Assembly: GCA_965209155.1 (NCBI GenBank)
Contig: OZ242383.1
Coordinates: 288,001-352,000, forward strand
Reading direction: 5' to 3'
DNA length: 64,000 bases
From: a bacterium
GTDB lineage: Bacteria > SAR324 > NAC60-12
The notes beneath the pieces were generated by a model. That model was not told the DNA's origin and made no database searches. It worked only from the letters and a program-made list of their open reading frames with translations. The position numbers and the translations under genes are program-made. Of this stretch, positions 1 to 10,252 are shown piece by piece. The first letter of the stretch is position 1. Each line of letters starts with the position of its first letter.

Positions 1-953
1 GAGACCAGGGGGGATCCATTCGAATACCCGCCTCTTACTGTGGAATATATGGCATGAAGCCGACCCATGGGCTTGTCCCTTATACAGGCATCATGTTGGG
101 CGAGGTTACCGTCGACCATACAGGTCCCATGACCAATAATGTTGAGGACAATGCCTTAATGCTGGAAGTGATTGCCGGTGTCGATGGATATGATCCCAGG
201 CAAACCAATGTGAAAACACAGCGTTATCGGGAGGCTCTCCAGGGAACAGAGGGTTTGAAAGGCCTGAAGATTGCCGTGGTCAAAGAAGGGTACCTGCAGG
301 AAAATGCAGAAAAAGATGTGAATGAAAAAGTCCAGGCAGCCGCTGCTGCCCTGAAATCTTTGGGAGCAGCGGTAGACGAAGTCTCCATTCCTCTGCATCT
401 CGTTGGTCCAGCTCTTGGAACCCCAATCGGCGTGGAAGGATTCACACAAACCATGATGTGGGGCGATGGCTATGGAGTGAGCAGACCTGATTTGTACGTC
501 ACCAGTCTGATGGATTTTCACAGGAATTGGCGAAACCGGGCCAATGAACTCTCTGAAACCGTGAAATTGGTGACGATGTTTGGCACCTACATACGAAAGT
601 ATTACGGTAGCCGTTATTATGGAAAGGCCATCAACCTGAGTCGATTGCTGAGAACTGCCTATGACAAGGTTCTGCATGAGTATGATTTGCTGGCGATGCC
701 GACCACTGCGATTAAGTCTCAACCAATTCCAGCTCCTGGTGCCAGTCGAGAGGAATCTTTTCAAAGAGCTCACGAAATGGCCGCCAATACCGCCCCCTTT
801 GATATCACTCACCACCCGGCAATGGCCATTCCTTGTGGGATGTCAGAGGGCCTCCCCATCAGTTTAATGCTGATTGGAAAGCATTTTGACGAATCCACCA
901 TTTACCGGGCCGCCCATGGGTTCCAGGAAGGAACGGATTGGAAGAAAATGTGA
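1..953 (+). CDS. Amidase-signature family amidase (5' end outside window)
   Basis: Frame open from position 3: DQGGSIRIPASYCGIYGMKPTHGLVP is the amidase-signature catalytic region; C-terminal NTAPFDITHHPAMAIPCG. Confidence 0.93.
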   Translation, partial: DQGGSIRIPASYCGIYGMKPTHGLVPYTGIMLGEVTVDHTGPMTNNVEDNALMLEVIAGVDGYDPRQTNVKTQRYREALQGTEGLKGLKIAVVKEGYLQENAEKDVNEKVQAAAAALKSLGAAVDEVSIPLHLVGPALGTPIGVEGFTQTMMWGDGYGVSRPDLYVTSLMDFHRNWRNRANELSETVKLVTMFGTYIRKYYGSRYYGKAINLSRLLRTAYDKVLHEYDLLAMPTTAIKSQPIPAPGASREESFQRAHEMAANTAPFDITHHPAMAIPCGMSEGLPISLMLIGKHFDESTIYRAAHGFQEGTDWKKM

Positions 954-1169
954 TTCAACGGCTTCTCGTGTCGCCAATGGAGGGTAAAGTGGGCGATCTT
1001 CTCATTGTGAGATAAAAAGAGAATCATTGATAATGACAATACAATTGGTTTTTACAAACTAACGATACTTGAGAAAAAGTATGACTATCACTCTCGAACT
1101 CCCCCAAGAATTATCTGCAGACATTGAAAAAATGTCCAATCCGCGGTGTCCCTGGATTTTATTGCATTG

Positions 1170-1403
1170 TTATGTCAAATCATTCCATTCCTTAGGTGAA
1201 ATAGTTCGATTGATAATCGCTTCTATCTCACTTATCATCATGCGTAACTGTGGAACTGAATATTCGGAATTTGATGGGACACTCAAACGATGATTTTCAT
1301 AAACCATGAAATGGTGCCGTGTTCCCGAATATGGCCCCTCAAAACCTAATTTCCGAAGTCGCTTAGTAAAAATACGACGTTTACACGGCTTCCATTGAGT
1401 CAT
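1170..1403 (-). CDS. hicA: HicA-family toxin
   Basis: 77 aa, LRKLGFEGPYSGTRHHFM motif; overlaps the hicB stop. Confidence 0.85.
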   Translation of the reverse strand: MTQWKPCKRRIFTKRLRKLGFEGPYSGTRHHFMVYENHRLSVPSNSEYSVPQLRMMISEIEAIINRTISPKEWNDLT

Positions 1404-1662
1404 GAGGTTCCTTGTTTAAATCATATTCGTCAATAATTGGAATATGGTGTCCTAACTTCAATCCAACTAAAATCCAATCTTCCAAAGTGGATTGCAATTC
1501 TTTTTCGCATTCTTTGAGCGTTTTACCAAAAGCAATGACACCTTGACATAATGGGATTCTTCCAGAAAATGTACCATCCTCCAGTTTATCAAATTCGGCA
1601 TATGATAAGGCATTCTCAATATATCCTGTGAAAATATATTTTAGCATTTCTTTATCCTTCAA
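1381..1662 (-). CDS. hicB: HicB-family antitoxin
   Basis: EDGTFSGRIPLCQGVIAFGKTLKECEKELQSTLEDW, HicB-like fold; paired with hicA. Confidence 0.85.
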   Translation of the reverse strand: MKDKEMLKYIFTGYIENALSYAEFDKLEDGTFSGRIPLCQGVIAFGKTLKECEKELQSTLEDWILVGLKLGHHIPIIDEYDLNKEPHDSMEAV

Positions 1663-1799
1663 TAATTCTGATAATTAGATTTTGATTTCCATTGGCATAA
1701 TTACTAAAAATGCTATTTCAAGGAATCTCAGTATGTTTTTTCGGAATTCCTCTCGGTCTTTTAATGATACCGATTCGGATTCAAACTCTCAATATCAAT

Positions 1800-1999
1800 T
1801 AAGGAACTCTTCCATTTTCTGGAGCCGCCGTATGGCTCATTTCATGCTGCCAGGATTCATTCGGATTGTCGATGAATTGCCAAAAACCCCCACCCGGAAA
1901 GTACAAAAAAACCTGCTCAAAGAGGCAGGAATCACTCCCGATACCAGGGATTGTGAAGTTGCTGGAATCACGGTCAAGCGAGAGAAGATTGGTGTCTAG
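1800..1999 (+). pseudogene. 3' remnant of a CaiC-like acyl-CoA ligase
   Basis: RMAHFMLPGFIRIVDELPKTPTRKVQKNLLKEAG contains the ANL-family A10 motif; no N-terminal part. Confidence 0.75.
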
Positions 2000-2078
2000 A
2001 GCTTTTTTGTGAAATTTTAAGTAAATACTAACATAAACTTTCAAATATTCAGTTTTTGACACACTGGCTTTTATAGAG

Positions 2079-2160
2079 TTGTCATTCCTGGCTTGACCAG
2101 GAATCCAGGGGTTTAAAGCGTTTGTGGCACCTGGATTCCGCATCAAGTGCGGAATGACAA
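2079..2160. repeat. REP-like palindromic element (GTCATTCC...GGAATGAC type)
   Basis: TTGTCATTCC/GGAATGACAA outer IR, GGAATCCAGG/CCTGGATTCC inner IR; relatives near 23654, 33510, 53209, 57074 and 58150. Confidence 0.8.
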
Positions 2161-2213
2161 AAGTGTAAAGTTTCGATTCATAATTACTTAACCTCTCAAT
2201 AAAGGAAAGAAGT

Positions 2214-5200
2214 TTGAAAAAGTTAAAACGTGTTCTGGTGAGCAATCGGGGGGAGATTGCCATTCGGATTGCCAAAGCGGCCACATCGCTTGGAATGGAG
2301 TCGGTCAGTGTTTATCCCCGCATTGATGCACAAGCCTTACATCCGACGTATACCACCCACTCCGCCAAAATCCCCGGTGAGGCGGTCGACGCTTATCTGA
2401 ACGTTGATACGATGCTGGAGGTCGCCCAATCTTTGGATTGCGATTGCATTCACCCTGGGTACGGCTTTCTCAGTGAAAACGCCGAATTGGCGGCCCGTTG
2501 TGAAGCAGCAGGGATTTCGTTTGGTCCCTGGCAGTGAACACGCCCTAAAAACTGCCGATCTGGCAGCCAATCTGGCAGGTGAAATGGGATATCCGATCAT
2601 GCTCAAAGCTTCTGCGGGAGGAGGAGGGCGCGGCATGCGTTTGGTGCAGCAAGCAGAAGACCTCCAGGAAGCCTTTGAACGCTGCTCCAGCGAAGCGGAA
2701 GCGGCCTTCGGCAATGGGGCGGTGTTTATGGAAAAATACATTGAGCGGCCCCGTCACATTGAAGTTCAAATCCTGGCTGATCAGCAAGGGAAAGTGGTGC
2801 ATCTTTATGAGCGGGATTGTTCGGTGCAGCTCAGAAATCAAAAAGTGGTCGAAATTGCCCCAGCCGCTCAAATGGACGCCACCCTCCGGGAACACCTATA
2901 CGCGGATGCGATCAAACTCGCCAAAGCGGCTCAATACTCCAATGCCGGGACTGTGGAATTTTTGGTTTCTCCGGAATCGGGCAATCACTACTTTATTGAA
3001 TGCAATCCCCGCATCCAGGTGGAACACACGGTCACAGAAATGGTCACAGGTGTCGACCTCATGGAAGCTCAGTTTCAATTGGCTGCCGGAGCAAGCCTAT
3101 CCAGTCTTGGACTGGACCCTCGAGACATCCTCCCTCCTCCCAAAGGGTTTGCCGTGCAAGTGCGAGTCGTCGCTCGGGGGGCAGGGAAAATCACGGCTTA
3201 CAAGGAGCCCTCCGGACCAGGAATTCGTGTCGATGCCTGCGGCTATGCAGGCTGGACACCGCCTCCCCGATTTGATCCTTTGTTTGGAAAGGTGATTGGC
3301 ACTTCCAACTCCACAAATACCTTGTCCTCCGCCCTCGACCGGACCCTTGCGGCGATCAACGATTATCATATTGAAGGCTTGCCCAACAATCTCGAGCAGC
3401 TGCGATCCATTTTAGGCAACCCCTCCCTCCGGGAAGGCGATGCGCGAACCACGCTCTTGCTCGAAAAACCCGAGCTGCTCCACCACAAAGGGGGTGGGGT
3501 GCCAAGCAAAGCCTTAACCTTGCTGACTCGGGAAGCCCAGACCCTGGTTGCGGGTGCCAAAGGGCTTGGAAAATACACGGACACCCTCCATGACACTCCG
3601 GGGCTTTCGGTCGAAACCGGCCAACGTGGCGCCGAAGCTCCCATGACAGGGGTCGTCGTGGAGGTGTTGAAGCAGGAAGGGGATGTTGTCAAAACCGGCG
3701 AATCGATCGTGGTCATCAGTGCCATGAAAATGGAAACGGATGTTGCCGCGCCTTGTCCCGGAACCCTCTTTGAATTGACACACCTCTCTGCTGGAGATAC
3801 CGTGAGCGCGGGTCAAGTGGTTGCCGTGATCACCTCCGATGAAAGCAGCGACGACAAGCAGGAACTGGAAGATGAGCACAGTTGGGCTCCAATGATGAGA
3901 GAAATCCAAACCTTGCGAAAGTTCGCAGAAACCCGGCTGGCTCCAGGTTCCACAGACCGGGGTGTGGTGCGGCAGCGCAATCGAGGAAAACTGACTTGTC
4001 GGGAACGCATCGATCTTTTGTTGGACAAAGGATCGTTTCGGGAAGTGGGCAGCCTGGCAGGCTTCGCTTCGTATGACGAGGAAGGCTTTATTGACGCTTT
4101 CACCCCCGCCAATCATATTGGTGGGTGGGGCAAGATCGAAGGACGCACCGTCATCGTGTGTGCCGATGACTTCACCTCCCGAGGAGGACATTCTGACGGC
4201 GCCATTGGGGAAAAGAGCCGCCACCTGGACAAACTCTCCCTGGAATTGAAATGTCCCTCTCTGCGTTTATTGGATGGATCCTCGGGAGGGGGCAGTGTGG
4301 CCACCATGGTGCCTCAGCAGAAAAAAGAAGGGGAAAGCAGCGCCAAGGAAAGTACGGGCGCAATCGAGTCAGGCAGACCCCGGGTTGCGGGAGGGGGTGG
4401 GTCCTTCCTCCCTGGTGATCAGGGCAGTAACCTCTACGCAAAACAACTCTATACCGTGCCCGTGGTCAACCTGTTGCTGGGAAGTGTCGTAGGGCTCGGG
4501 GCTGCAAAAGCGGTGCTGGGTCATTTTTCTGTAATGGTCCGCCATATTTCACAACTGTTTGTGGCAGGACCCCCCGTGGTGCAACACGCCATGGGGTACG
4601 ACATCACCAAGGAAGACTTGGGAGTAGGGGTGATTGCCTCCGATAGCCGCCACGCCAATGGCGGGGCCTTGACTGCCGATGGCTGTGATAAAGTGAGGCG
4701 ACACCTGGATTTGTGCGATCTCTTCCATATCCCCATTTTGAACCTCGTCGATAGCCCTGGATTTGCGATAGGCCTGGAGCATGAAATCAAGGGGACGGTC
4801 CGCAAAGGAGGGGAGTGGATGATCGCCTTTGCTCAGATGAAAGTTCCGATTTTTACGGTCCTCATGAGACGCAGTTTTGGGGTGGCTGGAAACAACTTTG
4901 CCACCCCGCTCGAAAGACCGTCAGTGCGCATTGTCTGGCCTGCGGCCGATACTGGGGGAATTCCTCCCGAAGGGGGGATTGAGGCCGCCTACAAACGCCA
5001 ATTGGCCGAAGCAGAAGACCCGGAAGCTTTCCGTGCGGAACTCTACGCCCGTATCGAAAGTACCCGCGGTCCCATTGGCCCACTCAATCGTTTCGAAATC
5101 GAAGAAATGATTGATCCACGAGACACGAGGCGCTACGTCTGCGATTGGGTGGAAAATGCCTATCGAATCGTCTCTCAACCGAGAAATCTCATGCCAAGGG

Positions 5201-5220
5201 CTTTGCAGTTTAGACCATGA
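2214..5220 (+). pseudogene. Single-chain acyl-CoA carboxylase (BC-BCCP-CT), disrupted
   Basis: SNRGEIAIRI...HPGYGFLSEN, ASAGGGGRGM, ECNPRIQVEH, AMKM biotin site and CT domains. Frameshifting deletion at ~2530 and an apparent in-frame deletion at ~4622 (EDLG|VGVIASD). Confidence 0.85.
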
Positions 5221-5317
5221 CCCAATAAATTTGTCGACTGTGCCGTTGCAGCCAATGCTCATGGACTGGTTAGGTAGGATCGGGATTTCACTATGAAGAA
5301 CAAGAATGGAGAGAACG

Positions 5318-6283
5318 ATGAAAGCATTTAACAGCAAACGTGCCCTCTGTGGTGACTATCGGTTACCGCGTCAGATGTTGCAAGAGCAAATCTACGACGG
5401 GCACAGCTCTATTCACGACGACAAAATGGCAGCGGATTTGGGTTATTCTGGCGCGCCTATTGAAGGACCGACCCACTTCAGCCAGTTTTCACCGCTGTTG
5501 TATGAAATTTTTGGCAAGACCTGGTTTGAAAGCGGTTGTATCAGTGCGCATTATTTAAATATGGTGGTTGAAGGCGAAGAGGTCAGAGCCTTTGTCGAAT
5601 TGCCCGAAAAGGCAACTGACCGTGCTCACAGCAGTTGTCCCATTTGGGCAGAAAAACGAGATGGGACGCCAGTCCTTTCAGGCACCGCCTGCATTGGTCC
5701 CAATCATCCTGAAACAGAATTGGATCGTCGCCGTGCCAAACTTCGCCCCTCAGAACAATTGGTGATTTTGGCCGATTTGCAGGTGGGGATGAAAGGTCAA
5801 CAGCCTGAACAGGTCATGATGGATTTCGATCAACACATGGGGGATCTCTATCCCTTTTCTTTAAATTATAAACTCCAATGTATTACCGAAAATTCTCCCT
5901 GGTATACACAAACTGATGGCGGACAATCCCCTTGGGGCCGCGCCATTATTCCATTTGAAATGATCAGCGTGCTCACTCAGTACACCTCTCACTCCGCAAG
6001 CTTTCCCGTTCGAGGACCTGTGGTGGGTTTGTTTGCCGATCAAGAGATCAAATTGATTCAGGGGCCGTTGTTTGTGAATCATCCCTATCGCTTAGAACGC
6101 GAAGTGGTGGCGCTGAGTGAAAGCCGTCGCGTGGAATCTCAATGGACGCTCACTCGGGTGTACGACGAAAAGACCGGTGAGTTAGTCGCCGAATGTTTAC
6201 TCAACTCAGCCTCCCTAAAAAGTTCTTATGCCAATTACGAGAAAGAGGCTCAGGGATTAGGAAAAGTCTTGGAGACTCCCTAG
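5318..6283 (+). CDS. Probable double hotdog-fold (MaoC-like) acyl-CoA dehydratase/thioesterase
   Basis: SIHDDKMAADLG..APIEGPTHF and SPWGRAIIP motifs; acyl-CoA gene context; source of four partial copies elsewhere in the window. Confidence 0.6.
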   Translation: MKAFNSKRALCGDYRLPRQMLQEQIYDGHSSIHDDKMAADLGYSGAPIEGPTHFSQFSPLLYEIFGKTWFESGCISAHYLNMVVEGEEVRAFVELPEKATDRAHSSCPIWAEKRDGTPVLSGTACIGPNHPETELDRRRAKLRPSEQLVILADLQVGMKGQQPEQVMMDFDQHMGDLYPFSLNYKLQCITENSPWYTQTDGGQSPWGRAIIPFEMISVLTQYTSHSASFPVRGPVVGLFADQEIKLIQGPLFVNHPYRLEREVVALSESRRVESQWTLTRVYDEKTGELVAECLLNSASLKSSYANYEKEAQGLGKVLETP

Positions 6284-6345
6284 AACATTTTATGATGAAG
6301 CGTTAATTTTTAAGAAACCCTAATCTCTTAGAAGGAGGATGGATT

Positions 6346-7003
6346 ATGAACAATTTACAAATATCAGACGACTATCAACCGGTTTTGGCACATGTCAAAT
6401 CTTTCATCCAAGAAAAAATTGAACCAATGGAAGAAGAATTCCACAGCGAAGTTGGCAAAGGGGGTGACCGTTGGCAGTATACGGCGAGGATGACCGAAAT
6501 TTTGGAAGGATTGAAAGACGAGGCCAAGAAAGAGGGTTTATGGAATTTCCCAGGGACGGTTAGGCCCGGGGAGGATTCACCATTGTATGCGCTTGATTGG
6601 TCAGGCGGAAAAAGCCTTGGAACTCCTTTGCAAGCGGGGGGTCTCTCGTGTTGGGTTTGGCAAAGAATTGGTCAAATTGGGAGGAAACTTTGATGTGGTG
6701 GCCGATTCCCGTATCGAGATCGAAACCGCTCGGTTATTGACGCTAAAAGCGGCCCGGATGATGGATTTGGTGGGGAACAAAGAAGCGCGAGGGGAAATTT
6801 CACAAATCAAAGTTTATGTGCCCAATATCACCCTGAAGATTATTGATCGTGCGATTCAAATGCATGGAGGAACGGGTGTTTCGCAATGGACCCCGCTGGC
6901 AAAGATGTGGGCCAATGCCAGAACCATGCGTCTGGTCGATGGCCCGGATGAAGTCCACCGGATGGTGGTGGCCCGGCTCGAATTGCTCAAGTATCAAAAT
7001 TGA
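6346..7003 (+). pseudogene. Acyl-CoA dehydrogenase (ACAD10/11-like) with internal deletion
   Basis: N-terminus ...AKKEGLWNF jumps at ~6550 into another frame reading [17 protein letters not shown]...[11 protein letters not shown]...DGPDEVH; the central domain is missing. Confidence 0.88.
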
Positions 7004-7057
7004 TTTTTTTCATGGTGATCAAAAAAATGCTCTCATGAAAATTGTTCAGGAAACCCT

Positions 7058-7915
7058 ATGAAATTTGAAACCATTCTGTATGAAGTCAAAGACGAAATAT
7101 TAACCATCACGTTGAACAGGCCGGATCGCCTCAATGCGTGGACTCTTCAAATGCTCAATGATTTGCTCACCGCGTTTGACCATGCCGATGCCGACGACGG
7201 GATTGGTGCCATCGTCATCACCGGTGCCGGTCGCGGGTTTTGCGCAGGAGCCGATCTCTCCGAGGGGGCGGGATCGACGTTTGAAGGTGCGGAGAACCAG
7301 CCGGATCTGGATGAGCTCGGCGACAGCGGTGGTGCTGCCTCACGGCGCCTCTTTCGCTGTTTAAAACCCGTCATCGTGGCATTCAACGGGCCTGCCGTCG
7401 GGGTTGGTCTCACCATGACCCTTGCTGCGGATATTCGCATAGCGGCACCGAACATCAAGATGGGGTTCGTGTTCGCGGCACGCGGCATTATTCCCGAAGG
7501 CTGCTCGTCGTATTTTCTGCCGCGCCTGGTTGGTATTAGCAAGGCGTTGGAATGGGCGATGTCGGCCCGTGTGTTCCGTTCAGAGGAGGCGCTCGAGGCA
7601 GGGCTGTTGCGCAGTATTCATGAACCGGAGGACTTGTTGCCCGCAGCCTACGAGCTTGCGCATGAATTTACGGCGAACTCGCGTGTCTCGATTGCTGTCA
7701 TGCGACAGATGTTCTGGCGCATGCTCGGTGCTGATGATCCGATTGTTGCGCATCGCTTGGACACGAAGGGCATGATTCAGCGTGGCAAATCGGCCGACGC
7801 GACCGAAGGCACAACAGCATTTCTCGAGAAACGCCCGGCGGATTTTCCCGATAAAGTCAGCAAAGACCTGCCCGACTTCTTTCCTTGGTGGGAAGAACCC
7901 AAATTCCGGGAATAA
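7058..7915 (+). CDS. Enoyl-CoA hydratase/isomerase (crotonase family)
   Basis: LNRPDRLNA, FCAGADL, KPVIVAFNGPAVGVG, GIIPEG. Confidence 0.93.
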   Translation: MKFETILYEVKDEILTITLNRPDRLNAWTLQMLNDLLTAFDHADADDGIGAIVITGAGRGFCAGADLSEGAGSTFEGAENQPDLDELGDSGGAASRRLFRCLKPVIVAFNGPAVGVGLTMTLAADIRIAAPNIKMGFVFAARGIIPEGCSSYFLPRLVGISKALEWAMSARVFRSEEALEAGLLRSIHEPEDLLPAAYELAHEFTANSRVSIAVMRQMFWRMLGADDPIVAHRLDTKGMIQRGKSADATEGTTAFLEKRPADFPDKVSKDLPDFFPWWEEPKFRE

Positions 7916-7918
7916 AAT

Positions 7919-8560
7919 ATGGAAGACGCACCAGAAATCACTCCGGTTCGGAGTGCCCACCGCATTGACGAATCGGCTTTGGAAGCCTATCTTCATTCAC
8001 AGAGTGCGGAATTCTCAGGCTCTTTGAAAGTCCAACAATTTGAAGGCGGGCAATCCAATCCGACTTACCATCTCATCATTGGAGGAAAACCCTATGTCCT
8101 GCGCAAAAAAAACCCTGGTGAGATTCTCCCTTCCGCTCATCAGGTCCAACGGGAATATCGGGTGATGGCCGCCTTGGCAGAGACCGACGTGAGGGTGCCC
8201 CAAATGCACCTTTTCTGTGAGGATCCCTCGATCATTGGCACTGACTTTTTTGTGATGGAAATGGTCGAAGGGCGTGTGATCCCCGATGTGACTCTCCCCC
8301 ATTTTACCCCAAAAGAACGGGCAGCCCTCTATGAGCATTTGATTGATTGTTCATGGAGACTATCGTTTGGGAAATACCATCATTTATCCCACAGAACCCA
8401 AAATTGTCGCAGTTTTAGATTGGGAATTGTCCACCCTGGGTCATCCCTTGGGAGACCTTTCCTACAGTTGCGTGCCTTATTACAACGAATTGGAAAACGA
8501 AAAAGAACTTACAACGTTAGGCATTCTCACGGAAAAAGAATTGCTGGGGAGTGGTCAGCT
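7919..8560 (+). pseudogene. Aminoglycoside-phosphotransferase-family protein (ACAD10/11 N-terminal type), deleted and truncated
   Basis: GGQSNPTY, SAHQVQREY, then a frame change at ~8340 to VHGDYRLGN...[12 protein letters not shown]; 3' end replaced by the convergent ATPase gene. Confidence 0.85.
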
Positions 8561-8858
8561 TAATCCTTTTTTTGAGGCAAATGGAGGTTTGCCAGTTCAG
8601 GAAATTTTGAAATCAGATAGAGCGGGAAGTTATAAATTTTATGATGGGAGTCGTAACCATATTTACTGCCGGTAAACTTGAGGGAATAAACGGGCGTGTA
8701 TTTGTCGATAAACACTCGCAGACTCTTCGCTTTGGTATTCATGCCCGCCTTGACTTCAATCGGAATCAGATTCCCATCCAGTTCCAGCACAAATTCAATT
8801 TCTGAAGTCTTTCCAGACCAAGTGACGAGGGGATGGAATCCGTAGGAAACCAATTCCT
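8560..8858 (-). pseudogene. 3' part of AAA ATPase + DUF4143 gene split by IS21-like element
   Basis: LVSYG...SEIEFVL...IPIEVKAG; joins in frame to 11136-12203 once the IS and one TTCCT copy are removed (453 aa). Confidence 0.88.
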
Positions 8859-9207
8859 TGTTAACGCCACTGTAAAACTTAACCAAGTGTGGCGACTTGA
8901 ATGATAGCCAATAGTTAGCGGATGTTTTTTTACTACTTTTTACTTTGCCTCGTTTTTTCTTCTATTGATTTACTTTCCAATCAATAAATTTTGTTTTCCT
9001 CTCCATTTTCTTTCTCATGCTTGTTCTTCCTTCCTCTGAGAGCTGAATCCAACATGGAGCGAGCCATGGTGTAAGAAGTTGTTTTACCTGTTCATTTTTC
9101 TTCTTCATTTGAGTGGGAGGCAGTGATTTCTTTGATACTTTGAGTCAAATTCCTGTAAGACAAGTTTTTCTTGAAGGAAGCCCCTCAAAGTATCAACGGG
9201 AGATCCT

Positions 9208-9738
9208 ATGCAAAAAGGTAGATGCATCAACTGCCACCAGTTTTTCCTCCGCCGCCCTCAAAACAAGGAGCAAAGTTACTGCAGCCTGAAGAGGTGTCAG
9301 CGTGCGCGCAAGACGAATTGGGAGCGTAAAAAGTTAGCCAGCGATCCAGACTATCAACAGAACCGAAAAGCTAGTCAGAAGGCTTGGCAAGAAAGCCACC
9401 GCGATTATTGGAAAGTCTATCGAGAAAAACATCCAGTTCAGGCTGAGCGCAATCGAAAACTTCAGTTGATCCGCAATGCCAAACAGCGGGGGTATATTGT
9501 GGAAAAACTCTCGATGAATACCATTCCTTCCATCTCTCCGCTCAGATCAAAGCCCTTCTCGCTCTCATCAGTGCCGATTGCAAAGACGGACGCGTCCATC
9601 CCTTATCAATTCTGCCTTATCGCCTCCTCCGATGAGGATTTGATTGCAAAGATGGACGCGTCAAATTCCTCCCCTGCCCAGATTTTTAAGGCTTTTGTTG
9701 AGCTTCCTTTGATTGCAAAGATGGACGCGTTAACCTAA
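9208..9738 (+). CDS. Hypothetical Cys-rich (Zn-finger-like) protein carried by the IS21-like element
   Basis: CxxC...YCSLKRC N-terminus, basic region, three IAK(T/M)DA repeats. Confidence 0.7.
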   Translation: MQKGRCINCHQFFLRRPQNKEQSYCSLKRCQRARKTNWERKKLASDPDYQQNRKASQKAWQESHRDYWKVYREKHPVQAERNRKLQLIRNAKQRGYIVEKLSMNTIPSISPLRSKPFSLSSVPIAKTDASIPYQFCLIASSDEDLIAKMDASNSSPAQIFKAFVELPLIAKMDALT

Positions 9739-9786
9739 AAGAACCTTGAGATATCAACAACTTATCCGTGATTGCAAAGAAGGACT
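9576..9786 (+). repeat. Regularly spaced 21-bp direct repeats GATTGCAAAGAYGGACGCGTY
   Basis: Copies at 9576, 9642, 9711 and a partial copy at 9770; periods 66, 69 and 59 bp. Confidence 0.9.
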
Positions 9787-9862
9787 TTATTGCCACCACC
9801 CTTCAGCTGAGTTAAAAAAGATGAAAACCTTGTTAACCATCCATCCAAAAGAAGGAGCTGTG

Positions 9863-10252
9863 ATGAGAAAGCAGTTGATTATGAAAAGCAGACGACGGGT
9901 GATCGAGGGAAGTTTTAGCTTCATTCCTCACCGATTTTTGAGGGAGGGCTTTTTTGAATGCCTGCGATCTGAGGAATTGATCTTATATTTTTTTTATGTG
10001 ATGGCCGCGGATGCTCAAGGACTTTCCTACTACAGTCCCAAGACCATCACTCAACTGCTGAAAATGAAGAGGGATGTCTATCAACAGGCTTTGAGTGGTT
10101 TATTGCAAATGGATCTGATCGCCACAGAAGAGACCTTAGTGCAGGTCCTTCACTTGTCCCTGTCTCCACTAAGAAGATCCCCCTCACCCCGCATTCGCTG
10201 GCCGAATAGGATGCCCTCGTCCTGCAGAGAAAGAAGGGGGAGAGATGAGTGA
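9863..10252 (+). CDS. Putative winged-HTH protein; 3' end probably fused to an istA remnant
   Basis: FSFIPHRFL...ELILYFFYVMAADAQGLSYYS...LLQMDLI; AAGGAG RBS before ATG 9863. Confidence 0.6.
   Translation: MRKQLIMKSRRRVIEGSFSFIPHRFLREGFFECLRSEELILYFFYVMAADAQGLSYYSPKTITQLLKMKRDVYQQALSGLLQMDLIATEETLVQVLHLSLSPLRRSPSPRIRWPNRMPSSCRERRGRDE

Noticed and set aside
1153..1180. XerD-arm-like TTATGTCAAAT
   Set aside because: Coincides with the last codons of hicA and has no matching XerC arm
9576..9786. Canonical CRISPR array
   Set aside because: Only three full 21-bp repeats, inside an ORF, and no cas genes in the window; kept as an unexplained repeat finding
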